Assembly: GCA_964618625.1 (NCBI GenBank)
Contig: CAZUBI010000001.1
Span: 254,930-318,929, forward strand
Origin: an uncultured Candidatus Saccharibacteria bacterium
GTDB taxonomy: Bacteria > Patescibacteriota > Minisyncoccia > UBA6257
Direction of reading: 5' to 3'
DNA length: 64,000 nucleotides
Shown here: piece after piece, positions 29,948-41,058 of the stretch
Numbering within the stretch: position 1 is the stretch's first letter
How the letters are laid out: each line of letters begins with the position of its first letter
The notes under the pieces: generated by a model
What the model saw: the letters and a program-made list of their open reading frames with translations, nothing else
Told to the model about the DNA's origin: nothing
The model's database searches: none
Program-made: the position numbers and the translations under genes

Positions 29948-32900
29948 TCAGCCCTCTATTGGCTCAATTTCTTCCAATCTTTCCCCAATAATCTGATAAC
30001 TGCCATTTCTTTTGTCCATCCTGCCTTCTACTAATAAGACTTTGTCTTCTCCAAGCACGGCTAAATTATTAGCTAATACTGCTGGATATAAAACGACTTC
30101 AATAGAATTATTATAATCAGCCAAGCGTGTAAAAACCATTGGTTTTCCCATTTTTGTTCTTACCTTTTGAATGTGTGAAATAAAACCGCAAACTTTGATT
30201 TTTCTTCCAAGATGACGAGGGTCTAATTGGCTGACTGTAAGAGCTATTTTACCTAAAACATTTTTATAACTATCCAAAGGATGACCAGTGAGATAAATAC
30301 CTAAATATTCTCTTTCCCAGTTTATTCTTTTTGTTTTATCAGGCGGCTTAATTGAATTATTCCTTTTTAAATACTCAAGTATATCATCGGATTTGCTCTC
30401 ATTGAATAAACTCATTTGCTGGTCATTTTTATGATTATGAAATCGATAAACCCAATCTAAGATTTCTTCCAAGTGATCGTTCATTAATTCCCTATCACCA
30501 AAACAATCTAATGCTCCGGCTCTAATAAGGCTTTCCAAACTTTTCTTATTTAGAGCCTGACGCGGCATTCTTTTCAAGAAATCAGTGAGATTTTTAAAAA
30601 TGCCGTTATTTTGCCTTTCTTCTTGAATTATGGTGGCAACTCCTTCTCCTACGTTTTTTATAGCCGCTAAACTGAAAAAAATATTTCCTGTTTTTTTGTC
30701 TGTACCAAATTCTGCAAAAGATTCATTTACAGAAGGAGACATTACTTTAATACCTAATCTTTGGCATTCAGCTATTTCAATGGCAATTCTGTCTAAATTA
30801 CCAAAGTCTGAAGTCAAAAGAGCGGCCATAAAAGCATTTGGATAATGGGATTTAAGCCAAGCTGTTTGATAAGTGATACGCGCGTAAGAAGCACTATGAC
30901 TTTTATTAAAACCATAACGCGCAAAAGGTTCTACCCAAGCCCAAATTTTTTCCGCGATTGGTTTCTTAATATCATTCTTTATCATTCCTTCTATTAATTT
31001 TTCTCTCTGAGCTTGTAATAATGTTTTAATTTTTTTACCAACAGCTTTTCTAAGAACATCAGCTTCAGCCATAGAAAAACCTCCTAAATCATGGGCTATT
31101 TGCATAAGCTGTTCCTGATAGATGCAAATGTTATAGGTTTTTTCTAAAATTGGTTTTAATTTAGGATGAAGATAAATTATTTTTTCTTTACCCCTCTTAC
31201 GGTTAATAAATGATGGAATGAATTCCATTGGTCCGGGGCGATACAAGGAAAGCATAGCTATAATGTCTTCAAATTTTGTCGGTTTTAATTCCTGAAGATA
31301 TCTTCGCATACCCGCCGACTCCACTTGGAACAGTCCAACTGTATTTCCATCAGAAAGCAATTTATAAACTTTTTTATCTTCATATCCCACTTTATCTAAA
31401 TCTATTTCATCACCATAAACCTTTTTAATAATTCTTAAAGCGTTTTTTATAATGGTTAAATTGGCTAATCCTAAAATATCAACTTTAAGCAATCCTATTT
31501 TCTCCAAAGCATACATATCATACTGGGTTATTACTTCTTGATCATTCCTGCTTGAATGTTGTAAAGGGCTATAATTAACTAAAGGTTCGCGAGAAATAAC
31601 CACTCCAGCGGCATGAGTGGAGGCATGGCGAGCCACGCCTTCCAATTGCTGAGCCATATCAACAATATCCTGAGCGTCGGTATTGGTTTCATATAATTGC
31701 CTAAGCTCTGGAACTACACTTAATGCTTTTTTGATTGTTATATTTGGTGGAAGAAGTTTGGAAATTTGATCTCCTAAAGCGTATGGATGGCCTAAAGCCC
31801 TAGTAACGTCGCGAACAGCTAAACGGGATTTCATTATTCCAAAAGTAATAATCTGAGCCACATGATCCTGACCATATTTTTCAGTAATATAATTGATTAA
31901 ATCCGCTCTTCTATTATCGGCAATATCCAAATCTATATCTGGCGGTTGAATTCTTTCTGGGTTTAAAAAACGCTCAAAATAAAGCCCATGCTCTAATGGA
32001 TCAACAGATGTGATATCCAAAACATATGCAATTAAACTTCCAGCTGCAGACCCTCTTGTATTAGTTAATATTCCTTCTTCTTTGGTAAAACGAATAAAAT
32101 CTTCAATAATCAAAAAATAATCGGCAAAACCGGTTTTCCTGATAACATCTAATTCATAATCAAATCTCTCTTTTGCTTCTTTATTTTTTAGAGAATAAAT
32201 CTTTTTAAAATTTTCTAAGGATAACTTTTTCAAATATTGGAAAGAATCTTCTCCTTTGGGTGTAGTAAAATGTGGCAAGATTACTTCTCCAATATCCAAT
32301 TCCAAATTGCACTGTTCAACTATTTTCTTAATGTTTTCGAATAATTCAGGATGGTCAGAAAAATCTTTTGCAATTTCTTCTGGCGATTTAAAATACAATT
32401 CCATTTCTTTCATACTCAAACGATCTTCATTCTCAATATCAGTTCCCGTTTGAATTGCCAAAAGAACATCTTGAGCTTCTTTATCTTCTTTTTTAACATA
32501 ATGAATATCAGTTGTTATAATTGCCGGAATATTTAATTCTTTGGAAATTTTCAACAACCCATCATTTATTTTCTTCTGATCTGGCAATTCTGGATGATGT
32601 TGTAATTCTAAATAAAAATTATCTTTTCCAAAAATTTTCTGATATTCTTTAGCTAATTCTAATGCTTTTTTAAAATCTTCCACCAAAAGCGCTGAAGGAA
32701 TTTCGCCTTTCGCGCATGCCGAAAGCACAATCAATCCGTCACTATGCTTCTTTAAAACTTCCTTGTCTATACGAGGTTTATAATAAAAACCTTCCAGTTC
32801 CCCGATAGTAACCAGTTTTAATAAATTACGATAACCTGTTTTATTTTTCGCCAAAAGTACAAGGTGATATAATTTAGCATCAACTTTTGGCGTTTTATCA

Positions 32901-33124
32901 GTAAGAGAACGCGAAGCCAAATAAACTTCACAACCAATTATCGGTTTAATCCCCATCTTTTTGGCAAGAGAATAAAATTCTATTGCCCCATACATTACCC
33001 CGTGGTCAGTCAAAGCCAACGCATCCAAGCCCATTTCCTTTGCTTGCTTTAAAAGCTGCTCTGGACGGGGCAAGCCATCTAATAAAGAATAGTGGCTATG
33101 GACATGAAGATGGGTAAAATACAT
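29948..33124 (-). CDS. dnaE: DNA polymerase III alpha subunit
   Basis: 1058 aa; PHP domain HLHVHSHYSLLDG; polymerase core and OB-fold. Confidence 0.92.
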   Translation of the reverse strand: MYFTHLHVHSHYSLLDGLPRPEQLLKQAKEMGLDALALTDHGVMYGAIEFYSLAKKMGIKPIIGCEVYLASRSLTDKTPKVDAKLYHLVLLAKNKTGYRNLLKLVTIGELEGFYYKPRIDKEVLKKHSDGLIVLSACAKGEIPSALLVEDFKKALELAKEYQKIFGKDNFYLELQHHPELPDQKKINDGLLKISKELNIPAIITTDIHYVKKEDKEAQDVLLAIQTGTDIENEDRLSMKEMELYFKSPEEIAKDFSDHPELFENIKKIVEQCNLELDIGEVILPHFTTPKGEDSFQYLKKLSLENFKKIYSLKNKEAKERFDYELDVIRKTGFADYFLIIEDFIRFTKEEGILTNTRGSAAGSLIAYVLDITSVDPLEHGLYFERFLNPERIQPPDIDLDIADNRRADLINYITEKYGQDHVAQIITFGIMKSRLAVRDVTRALGHPYALGDQISKLLPPNITIKKALSVVPELRQLYETNTDAQDIVDMAQQLEGVARHASTHAAGVVISREPLVNYSPLQHSSRNDQEVITQYDMYALEKIGLLKVDILGLANLTIIKNALRIIKKVYGDEIDLDKVGYEDKKVYKLLSDGNTVGLFQVESAGMRRYLQELKPTKFEDIIAMLSLYRPGPMEFIPSFINRKRGKEKIIYLHPKLKPILEKTYNICIYQEQLMQIAHDLGGFSMAEADVLRKAVGKKIKTLLQAQREKLIEGMIKNDIKKPIAEKIWAWVEPFARYGFNKSHSASYARITYQTAWLKSHYPNAFMAALLTSDFGNLDRIAIEIAECQRLGIKVMSPSVNESFAEFGTDKKTGNIFFSLAAIKNVGEGVATIIQEERQNNGIFKNLTDFLKRMPRQALNKKSLESLIRAGALDCFGDRELMNDHLEEILDWVYRFHNHKNDQQMSLFNESKSDDILEYLKRNNSIKPPDKTKRINWEREYLGIYLTGHPLDSYKNVLGKIALTVSQLDPRHLGRKIKVCGFISHIQKVRTKMGKPMVFTRLADYNNSIEVVLYPAVLANNLAVLGEDKVLLVEGRMDKRNGSYQIIGERLEEIEPIEG

Positions 33125-33187
33125 AATATATAAGTCAAGCAGTTAAAACTAAAAGTATTTTATCATAAGAAATAGAAAAGGCAAAAC

Positions 33188-33834
<647 letters not shown>

Positions 33835-33838
<4 letters not shown>

Positions 33839-34704
33839 ATAAATTATTAGTAATTCTAGGACATACTGCTTCTGGTAAATCTGATTTAGCTATTAAGATG
33901 GCTAAACTTTTTAATGGGGAAATTATTTCAGCAGACTCACGCCAGATATATAAAGAAATGAATATTGGAACAGCAAAACCAATAAAAGATAATCTGCATC
34001 ATTTATTAGATTTAATTAATCCTGACAAACATTTTTCTGCGGCTCAGTATAAAGAATTAGCGTATAAAACTATAGAAGATATACAAAATAGAAACAAATT
34101 ACCAATTCTTTGCGGCGGTACTGGTCTTTATATTTCGTCAGTTATTGAAAACTGGCAATTTCCAAAAATTCCCCCTCAAGAAAAATTAAGAAAAGAATTG
34201 GAAAAAAAGTCCACAGAACAACTTTTTGAAATTTACCGAAAAATAGACCCTAATGGGGCAAAATTTATTGATAACAAGAATAAAAGAAGATTAATCCGCG
34301 CAATTGAGGTCTGTAAAGCCAATAACAAACCTTTTTGGCAACAAAGGAAAAAAGCTAAATCTGTTTTTGATACTTTATTAATCGGTATAAGATTGCCAAA
34401 AGAAGAATTGAAGAAAAAAATCACAAAAAGAATCAAGAAAATGATGAAAATGGGATTGGAAACAGAAGTAAAAATATTAGTCAAAAAATACAGTTGGATT
34501 TCTTCGCTTCAAACTATTGGATATCAAGAATGGAAATTATATTTTGATAACAAAATTAATAAAAAAGAAGTCCAAGATTTAATTGAACTTCATACTATTC
34601 AGTATGGTAAACGACAAATGACGTGGTTTAAAAAAATGAAAAATGTAAACTGGATTGAAAAACCTGAAAAAGCAATAGAAATATTAAAGTTGTTTCTTGA
34701 ATAA
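33835..34704 (+). CDS. miaA: tRNA dimethylallyltransferase
   Basis: P-loop GHTASGKS; ADSRQIYKEMNIGTAKP. Confidence 0.88.
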
Positions 34705-36162
34705 TTTTTCCAATGATTTTGGATCAGCTGCTCCACGTGTTTTTGCCATTGCCTGACCAACTAAAAATTGAAGCGCGTTTTCCTTTCCTTTTTTATAATC
34801 CTCAATTGTTTTGGGATTATTTTTTATTATTTCCAAAATAATCGGTTCTAATTTACTTACGTCACTAATTTTCTCTAATCCTTTTGATTTTATTATTTCT
34901 TCTGGTTTACCCCCTTTTTCTACCATCTCTGCCAAAATATCTTTACCAGCCCGGGAAGATATTTTATCTTCAAATAAAAGAACCATTAATTGAGAAAAAC
35001 TTTTGGAAGTTATTTTAAGTTTTTCCCATGCAATCAATTTTGATTCCATTAATCCTTTCAAATCACTGGTTAAATAATTATAAGCTAAATTAATTGCTTT
35101 TTCTTTATTTTCCAATCCAATACCATCAAATTCTCCAACTACTTGTTCAAAAAAATTCATTAATTCTTCATCTTGAATCAATAAATTAATATTTTCTAAG
35201 AAAGTGTATGATTTTGTAATTCTTTCTTTTCTTTCCCATGGCAATTCAGGCATTTGTTTTTTTATTTCTTCTAAATTAAATAATCCGTCTGATTCATCTT
35301 TTGAATAAATGCGCAATCGTGGTAAATCAGGTTCTGGAAAATAACGATAATCTTGAGCTTCTTCTTTCAAGCGTTGAGAATAAGTAATTTCTTTTTCTGC
35401 ATTCCATCCACGAGTTTCTTGAATTACTTTTTCTCCCTTTTCTAAAATTTCCTTTTGCCTTTGAATTTCAAAATCAATTGATTTTTCCACTGCCCGAAAA
35501 GAATTTAGATTTTTAATTTCCACTTTTGTCCCTAATTTCTCATCCTTAGACAATGATATATTCACTTCACAACGCATCTGGCCTCTTTCCATATCTGCTT
35601 CTGAAACGCCTAATGTTCTCAAAAGCAATTGAAGCCCCTGAGCAAATAACCTTGCTTCTTTTGCACTATGTATAACTGGTTCTGTCACTAACTCCATTAA
35701 CGGAACACCTGCCCTATTAAAGTCAATCAAAGTTGACTTTCCATCTGCAGAATGAATTAACTTACCAGTATCTTCTTCCAAATGAACACGGGTAATTTCA
35801 ATTTTCTTTTTAGATTCTTCTAAATCATTACTTAGAAATAAAGATAATTCTCCTCCTTTACATAGAGGCATATCATATTGGGATATCTGATAGCCTTTTG
35901 GTAAATCAGGATAAAAATAATTCTTTCTATCAAATTTAGAATACTCGGGAATTTCTGAATTTAAAGCCAAGCCAACCGTTATAACCTGCCCCAACGCTTT
36001 TTTATTTATAATAGGAAGCGTCCCTGGATGCGCAGTACATGTTGGACAAATATTTCTATTAGCAATCTTTTCTTCTGGATTATTTAAACAATCACAAAAC
36101 ATTTTTGTTTTGGTTTTTAATTCTGCATGCACTTCCAGTCCCAAAGTTGGTTTAAATTCCAT
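34684..36162 (-). CDS. gatB: Asp/Glu-tRNA amidotransferase subunit B
   Basis: MEFKPTLGLEVHAEL...MFCDC. Confidence 0.9.
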   Translation of the reverse strand: MEFKPTLGLEVHAELKTKTKMFCDCLNNPEEKIANRNICPTCTAHPGTLPIINKKALGQVITVGLALNSEIPEYSKFDRKNYFYPDLPKGYQISQYDMPLCKGGELSLFLSNDLEESKKKIEITRVHLEEDTGKLIHSADGKSTLIDFNRAGVPLMELVTEPVIHSAKEARLFAQGLQLLLRTLGVSEADMERGQMRCEVNISLSKDEKLGTKVEIKNLNSFRAVEKSIDFEIQRQKEILEKGEKVIQETRGWNAEKEITYSQRLKEEAQDYRYFPEPDLPRLRIYSKDESDGLFNLEEIKKQMPELPWERKERITKSYTFLENINLLIQDEELMNFFEQVVGEFDGIGLENKEKAINLAYNYLTSDLKGLMESKLIAWEKLKITSKSFSQLMVLLFEDKISSRAGKDILAEMVEKGGKPEEIIKSKGLEKISDVSKLEPIILEIIKNNPKTIEDYKKGKENALQFLVGQAMAKTRGAADPKSLEKLFKKQL

Positions 36163-36206
36163 ATCATTAAATAATCTTTTAAGTATTATAACTAATATTT
36201 GCTATC

Positions 36207-36235
36207 ATTGCCACTGTTGACAGAATAAAGATAAA
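36207..36235 (+). promoter_or_regulatory. sigma70-like promoter for tmk (TTGACA-17-TATATT)
   Basis: consensus -35 and -10 with 17-bp spacer ~75 nt upstream of the tmk ATG. Confidence 0.5.
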
Positions 36236-36308
36236 AATGTATATTAAAGATAATCAAACTAACGCGTGTAACTTGAAAAAATAAAAAAAAGAAAGGATGT
36301 GAAAAGAA

Positions 36309-36947
36309 ATGAGAACTGGTATTTTTATTGCTTTTGAAGGAGGAGAAAATTGCGGGAAAAGCACAGTAAGTAAATTCCTTGTGGAAAAGCTCAACGAGAT
36401 GAACTTTCCTACTATATGGACCAGAGAGCCAGGCGGAACAAAATGCCCTGTGTCAGAGAAGATTAGAGAAATCATTATAGATCCAAAAAATAAGATCTGT
36501 GATAAAACCGAAGCATTACTTTTTGCTGCTTCTCGAGCACAGCATATCAAGAAGCTTATTCTACCTTGTTTAAAAGAAGGTACTAATATAGTGAGTGACC
36601 GGTTCGTGCTTTCATCGTATATATATCAAGGAATTGGAAGAAAGCTTGGTATATCTATAGTCAAAATTATTAACGACATCGCTTGCAAAGGATTAGAACC
36701 AGACATAACCTTCTTATTAGATTTAGATGTAAAAAAAGGAGAAGAAAGGACTCCTAAAAAGAAAAAGGACAGAATAGAAAAGGAGAAACCTTCTTTCCAC
36801 CGACTGATTAGACGAGGATATCTCAAACTTACAAAGAAAGATCCAAACATAATAATCGTAAACGCTGAACTGCCTGTAGAAAAAGTATGCCAAAAAGTCC
36901 TAAGACAGACTCTGAAAATAATAAAAATGAAAGGAAGGAAAGTATAA
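36309..36947 (+). CDS. tmk: thymidylate kinase
   Basis: FIAFEGGENCGKST P-loop; DRF-like LID region. Confidence 0.88.
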   Translation: MRTGIFIAFEGGENCGKSTVSKFLVEKLNEMNFPTIWTREPGGTKCPVSEKIREIIIDPKNKICDKTEALLFAASRAQHIKKLILPCLKEGTNIVSDRFVLSSYIYQGIGRKLGISIVKIINDIACKGLEPDITFLLDLDVKKGEERTPKKKKDRIEKEKPSFHRLIRRGYLKLTKKDPNIIIVNAELPVEKVCQKVLRQTLKIIKMKGRKV

Positions 36948-37636
36948 TGAGTAATAAATGGGAGAAAGAACTGATGCGGAGGTTAAAAACGCTTTATTTT
37001 ATGGCAAAACAAGATGGCAGGATGTTTCCAGAACATAATCTAAACCATGCCCAAAGAGTCAAAAATTTGTGTTTTTTCATAAACGAAAAAGATTCTTTGA
37101 ATTTAGACAAAGAAATCCTAACAGCTTCAGCCCTTTTGCATGATATTGGCTATATCTCAGATGATAGCCCAAAACATGTCAAAAGTAGCATTCAAATTGC
37201 TCAAGGATTATTGCCTAAAATACAATTTCCAAAAAATAAAATCGCTTCTGTAATAGTGTGCATAAAGAATCATGACACTGTCCCGGGAAGATTAGGATGG
37301 AAACAAAGGGTGCCAATGGAATGTAGAATTCTTAGAGACTCAGATGCCATTGAATCTCTAGGGTGTCTTGGTATTATTCGTTATGCATCATGGGGTGGCA
37401 GGCATCAAATGCCAATCTATAACCAAAAATCACAAGAATTGGTTGATGATAAAAACAGCGTTTTCCCTAACATTGATTTAATGAAAAACATCAAAATCCG
37501 AACCGCAGAACTAATAGCTAGATGTTGTACGAAGACAGGAATGGAAATAATGCAAAAAAGATTAGAAATAATGCAAAAGTTTATTTTTGAGATTGAAAAA
37601 GAAATTAACTTTGCAAAAAATTTAGGAGGTGAATAA
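36947..37636 (+). CDS. HD-domain phosphohydrolase
   Basis: H...HD motif (LLHDIGY); probable start at ATG overlapping the tmk stop (TAATG); the listed ORF begins 60 nt earlier. Confidence 0.6.
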   Translation: MSNKWEKELMRRLKTLYFMAKQDGRMFPEHNLNHAQRVKNLCFFINEKDSLNLDKEILTASALLHDIGYISDDSPKHVKSSIQIAQGLLPKIQFPKNKIASVIVCIKNHDTVPGRLGWKQRVPMECRILRDSDAIESLGCLGIIRYASWGGRHQMPIYNQKSQELVDDKNSVFPNIDLMKNIKIRTAELIARCCTKTGMEIMQKRLEIMQKFIFEIEKEINFAKNLGGE

Positions 37637-37638
37637 GA

Positions 37639-38295
37639 ATGAATTTTATTGAAGTTATCAAACCGCAATTTTTTATTGAAACGCCTATTGACGGTGGAGA
37701 AATCCTAGAAAGAATTGAACGTTTTGGTAGAATATCTCATAAAAGCGAAGATAAAATAGAAGCTGGAACTGCTGAAATTTTCATAAAAAAGCTTTTGGAA
37801 ATGGGGCATGAAAGTGTATTAGAGCATGTAAGTATCTCCGCTAGATTTATCTGTGATAGGGGTGTTTCTCATGAATTAGTCAGACATCGAATTGCTGCTT
37901 ATACGCAGGAGTCAACACGTTATTACAATTATTCAGGGGCTATCAAATTTATAAAACCTTTGTTTTATAAAGAAGGGACTAAAAATTATCAAATCTGGTA
38001 TCAATCTTGTTTAGCATCAGCTGACACCTATAGAATATTAATAATACAAGGAAGTAAACCAGAAGAGGCAAGAAGTGTACTACCCAATTCTCTAAAAACA
38101 GAAATTGTTAGCACTTTCAATTTAAGACAGTGGAGACATGTTTTAAAAATGCGCTGTAATATCAACGCCCATCCACAGATAAGAGAGATAATGATTCCTA
38201 CTCTCAAAAGATTTCAAAAAGAAATTCCTATTATTTTCGATGACTTAATTATTGAGAAAAATCAAAGTCTCTCATTCCCTTTCTATACTACTTAA
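37639..38295 (+). CDS. thyX: flavin-dependent thymidylate synthase
   Basis: ThyX signature RHRIAAYTQESTRY (RHR...S.RY); 218 aa; RBS GGAGGTG upstream. Confidence 0.75.
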   Translation: MNFIEVIKPQFFIETPIDGGEILERIERFGRISHKSEDKIEAGTAEIFIKKLLEMGHESVLEHVSISARFICDRGVSHELVRHRIAAYTQESTRYYNYSGAIKFIKPLFYKEGTKNYQIWYQSCLASADTYRILIIQGSKPEEARSVLPNSLKTEIVSTFNLRQWRHVLKMRCNINAHPQIREIMIPTLKRFQKEIPIIFDDLIIEKNQSLSFPFYTT

Positions 38296-38317
38296 TTTAA
38301 ATCAACGAATTTAAATT

Positions 38318-38352
38318 AAAACCGCCCTGTGGAAAATTCCCGGGGCGTTTTT
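38318..38352. terminator. bidirectional terminator between thyX and rplK
   Basis: cgccc-tgt-ggaaAAttcc-c-gggcg followed by TTTTT. Confidence 0.6.
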
Positions 38353-38382
38353 ATGTACCTATTATATATCTCTGTTATATAT

Positions 38383-38808
38383 TTATTTTTCTATTTCTAT
38401 ACCCATACTTCTCGCTGTTCCTTCCACCATTTTCATAGCCGCTTCTATGTCTGTTGTATTCAAATCAGGCATTTTCCTTTTAGCAATTTCTTCTACCTGC
38501 TTTTTTGTAATCTTTCCAACTTTATCCTTTAAAGGATTACCAGCTCCTTTTTGTATCCCTGCTGCTTTGCGTAATAAATCAGAGACTGGCGGTTGTTTAA
38601 ATTTTAAATCAAAACTTCTGTCTTGATAAACTGTAATTTCTACAGGAATGATATCTCCAGCTTGATCTTTTGTCTTTTCATTGAATCGCGTGCAAAATTC
38701 CTGAATATTTAAACCGTGCTGACCTAAAGCAGGACCAACAGGTGGAGCAGGGTTAGCCTGTCCAGCAGGAATCTGTAAAATTAAAGTTGTTTTTATTACT
38801 TTTCCCAT
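38383..38808 (-). CDS. rplK: 50S ribosomal protein L11
   Basis: [22 protein letters not shown]. Confidence 0.93.
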   Translation of the reverse strand: MGKVIKTTLILQIPAGQANPAPPVGPALGQHGLNIQEFCTRFNEKTKDQAGDIIPVEITVYQDRSFDLKFKQPPVSDLLRKAAGIQKGAGNPLKDKVGKITKKQVEEIAKRKMPDLNTTDIEAAMKMVEGTARSMGIEIEK

Positions 38809-38819
38809 ATTTAAATATT

Positions 38820-39365
38820 TTAATCTTTTTTAACTTGAAGAAAGTCTAAATCTACCGGAGTATCTCTTCCAAATAGAGACACTAATACTTTAACTCTTCC
38901 CCTTTCGTGGTCTATTTCATCCACTTTCCCTTGTTTGTCTTTAAAAGGTCCGTCAATAATAGTAACTAAATCTCCTTCTGTAAAATCTATTTTGTATTTT
39001 GGCTCTTCCTCCCCCGTTTTTTTTAAAATATTCTTTATCTCGTCGTCTTGGACAGGACGAGGAGTTGTCCCTGCTCCAATAAAACCTGTCACCATTGGGG
39101 TATTTCTTACAACATACCACGAATCATCAGTAACAATCATTTCAACAAAAACATAGCCTGGATATATTTTTTCTTCAACAACAGCGCGCTTACTATGCTT
39201 TATTTTTATTTTTTTCTCTTTAGGCACTAAAACATTAAAAATCTTATCCTGCATCTGTAAAGACTCAACTCTTTGTTTTAAACTCCGAGCTACCGCGTCT
39301 TCATATCCAGAATAAGTATGAATTACATACCAGTTTCTTCCTAAATTTATCTGCTGTTTTGGCAT
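38820..39365 (-). CDS. nusG: transcription termination/antitermination factor NusG
   Basis: NGN domain [11 protein letters not shown] plus C-terminal [21 protein letters not shown]. Confidence 0.9.
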   Translation of the reverse strand: MPKQQINLGRNWYVIHTYSGYEDAVARSLKQRVESLQMQDKIFNVLVPKEKKIKIKHSKRAVVEEKIYPGYVFVEMIVTDDSWYVVRNTPMVTGFIGAGTTPRPVQDDEIKNILKKTGEEEPKYKIDFTEGDLVTIIDGPFKDKQGKVDEIDHERGRVKVLVSLFGRDTPVDLDFLQVKKD

Positions 39366-39398
39366 AAATCAATTAACAATAAAGAATTAATACAAATA

Positions 39399-39629
39399 TC
39401 ATTTAATAAGAGTGCTCATGGCACGCATGAATCCAAAATCAATAAGCCCAAGAATAATAGCAACAGTGAAAGAAAGCCCAAGAACACCCAAAGTATAACG
39501 TATTGTTTCTTTACGCGTAGGCCAATTTACTTTCTTTAATTCTTGAATAGCTCCTTTAAAATACCTTTTTATATTTTTCATTTTTTTCTTTTTAAAAATG
39601 CCCCAAAGGGCACTTTTATAGTCTATCAC
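39399..39629 (-). CDS. secE: preprotein translocase subunit SecE
   Basis: 76 aa; VNWPTRKET + single TM. Confidence 0.85.
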   Translation of the reverse strand: MIDYKSALWGIFKKKKMKNIKRYFKGAIQELKKVNWPTRKETIRYTLGVLGLSFTVAIILGLIDFGFMRAMSTLIK

Positions 39630-40180
39630 AAACCAAGTTTTTTATCAATCTTTTGCATCCCCTGTAAAACCAACCCTACGAACTCTTTTAAAGGAAGCTC
39701 TAATAAAGATTCACATTGTTTAATAATTTCCCGGTTAGCCCCTTTAGCAAACCCCCTTTCTTTAAAACGATTTAAAATATTATCAATTGTCACATCTTTT
39801 ATTTGCTTGGAAGGTAATACTAAAACAGACGCGACAATTAAACCAGTTAAAGGATCCACACAAAATAAAGCTTTTGCCATTTTGGTTTCAGGAGCAATAC
39901 CATGAATTTCATTATGAGTTTTTACCGCTTCTACAATTTCTTGATCTACACCCTGTTTCTGTAAAAACTCTGCTCCTATTAAAGAATGTTTTTCTGGCTT
40001 GTCTTTTGTATCCTCATAATCTATATCATGAAGTAGTCCAGTTATTTCCCATTTTTCTTCATCTTCTTTAAAATATCTTGCTAATTCTTTCATGGCAGCT
40101 CCACAAGCTAAACAATGCTTAATCAAATTAGGCGTTTTAACTTTATCAGTTAACATTAACAAAGCTTCATTTTCATTCAT
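39626..40180 (-). CDS. HD/HDIG-domain hydrolase
   Basis: H..LLHDIDYE motif; 184 aa. Confidence 0.6.
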   Translation of the reverse strand: MNENEALLMLTDKVKTPNLIKHCLACGAAMKELARYFKEDEEKWEITGLLHDIDYEDTKDKPEKHSLIGAEFLQKQGVDQEIVEAVKTHNEIHGIAPETKMAKALFCVDPLTGLIVASVLVLPSKQIKDVTIDNILNRFKERGFAKGANREIIKQCESLLELPLKEFVGLVLQGMQKIDKKLGL

Positions 40181-40282
40181 AATAGATACTCGTCTTATAA
40201 AAATTAATTCTAAGAATTATTATAAGATAGAAAAAAATAATGTCAATATCGCTTGACAAGATAGGGATTTAGTGTAGAATAA

Positions 40283-40383
40283 TATGCAATGAAGCTGAAT
40301 CTTATGAAACTTACTAAATTACTCAATGGGAAGGCTATAACCTGTTCATAAAAATTTTGCAGCGATTCAGCTTCATTGCCATA
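40283..40383. repeat. long inverted repeat (17-21 bp arms, ~62-nt spacer), MITE-like or RNA element
   Basis: tgcaatgaagctgaatc ... gattcagcttcattgcc (rc match) read from sequence. Confidence 0.5.
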
Positions 40384-40463
40384 CATCTTCGTATTGAACC
40401 TTGAAAAAAATTTAAAAAGAGGAGGAAAAATAAAAGAAATAAAATGAAAGGATAAAGAATTAA

Positions 40464-40613
40464 TGAGAAAGCATATTTTTATAGAAATACTAGAAAACGG
40501 CACTAAAAAGGATTGTAAAAATTCAAGAATGAGATCAAAGATTATTTCTAGATTTAAGAAAATAAAAATTGAAAAAGAAAAAGAATTAAAAAAAGAAAAG
40601 GAGAAAAGATGAA
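40464..40613 (+). CDS. possible 49-aa Lys/Glu-rich small ORF translationally coupled (ATGA overlap) to the next ORF
   Basis: RBS aagaggagg upstream; MRKHIFIEILENG...KEKEKR; low complexity, speculative. Confidence 0.2.
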
Positions 40614-40974
40614 ACTGATAGAAAAGTGTAATCATACTACAAATGGAGGTTCTTGCAACACAAAGAAGAATCAAGAGACAGGGTTGTATGAACCATGTGT
40701 GTTTTCAGAATGGACAGCATGGAAAAAACAATGTAAAGGTAAAGGCAAAAAAGAAACAATAAGATTTCTTCAGGATACTATTGTGTCTCTGGATTTAAAA
40801 ATGTGTCAGTGCAGAAAAAGAATAGAAAAAACATGGTGTAATCATAAGAAAACGGAAATGGAAATAAAAAATATTAAAAAACAGGTTCAAAAAGAAATAG
40901 ATAAAATTAATTCTAAAATTGAATCAATCTTAAGATCAAGTCGCTATAGCAAGAATCATCTAATCAAACTATAA
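40609..40974 (+). CDS. hypothetical Cys-rich small protein
   Basis: 121 aa; six Cys; followed by a clean terminator. Confidence 0.4.
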   Translation: MKLIEKCNHTTNGGSCNTKKNQETGLYEPCVFSEWTAWKKQCKGKGKKETIRFLQDTIVSLDLKMCQCRKRIEKTWCNHKKTEMEIKNIKKQVQKEIDKINSKIESILRSSRYSKNHLIKL

Positions 40975-41027
40975 TCTAATCATTATCTTCTCCTAATAAC
41001 TCATAATTATAAAGCTAGCTAGCAAAT

Positions 41028-41052
41028 AGGGAACCATCTGGGGTTCCCTTTT
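41028..41052 (+). terminator. rho-independent terminator
   Basis: GGGAACC-atctgg-GGTTCCC + TTTT. Confidence 0.65.
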
Positions 41053-41058
41053 AATTTA

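Noticed and set aside
36254-36850. ORFs antisense to tmk (36254..36550, 36626..36850)
   Set aside because: They lie inside and opposite the well-supported tmk gene. No motifs.
40243-40674. 143-aa minus-strand ORF rich in F/S/I low-complexity repeats
   Set aside because: It is antisense to the SD-preceded small-ORF pair and spans the long inverted repeat. Its composition (FSFSFFNSFSFSIF) is typical of AT-rich non-coding DNA read in frame.
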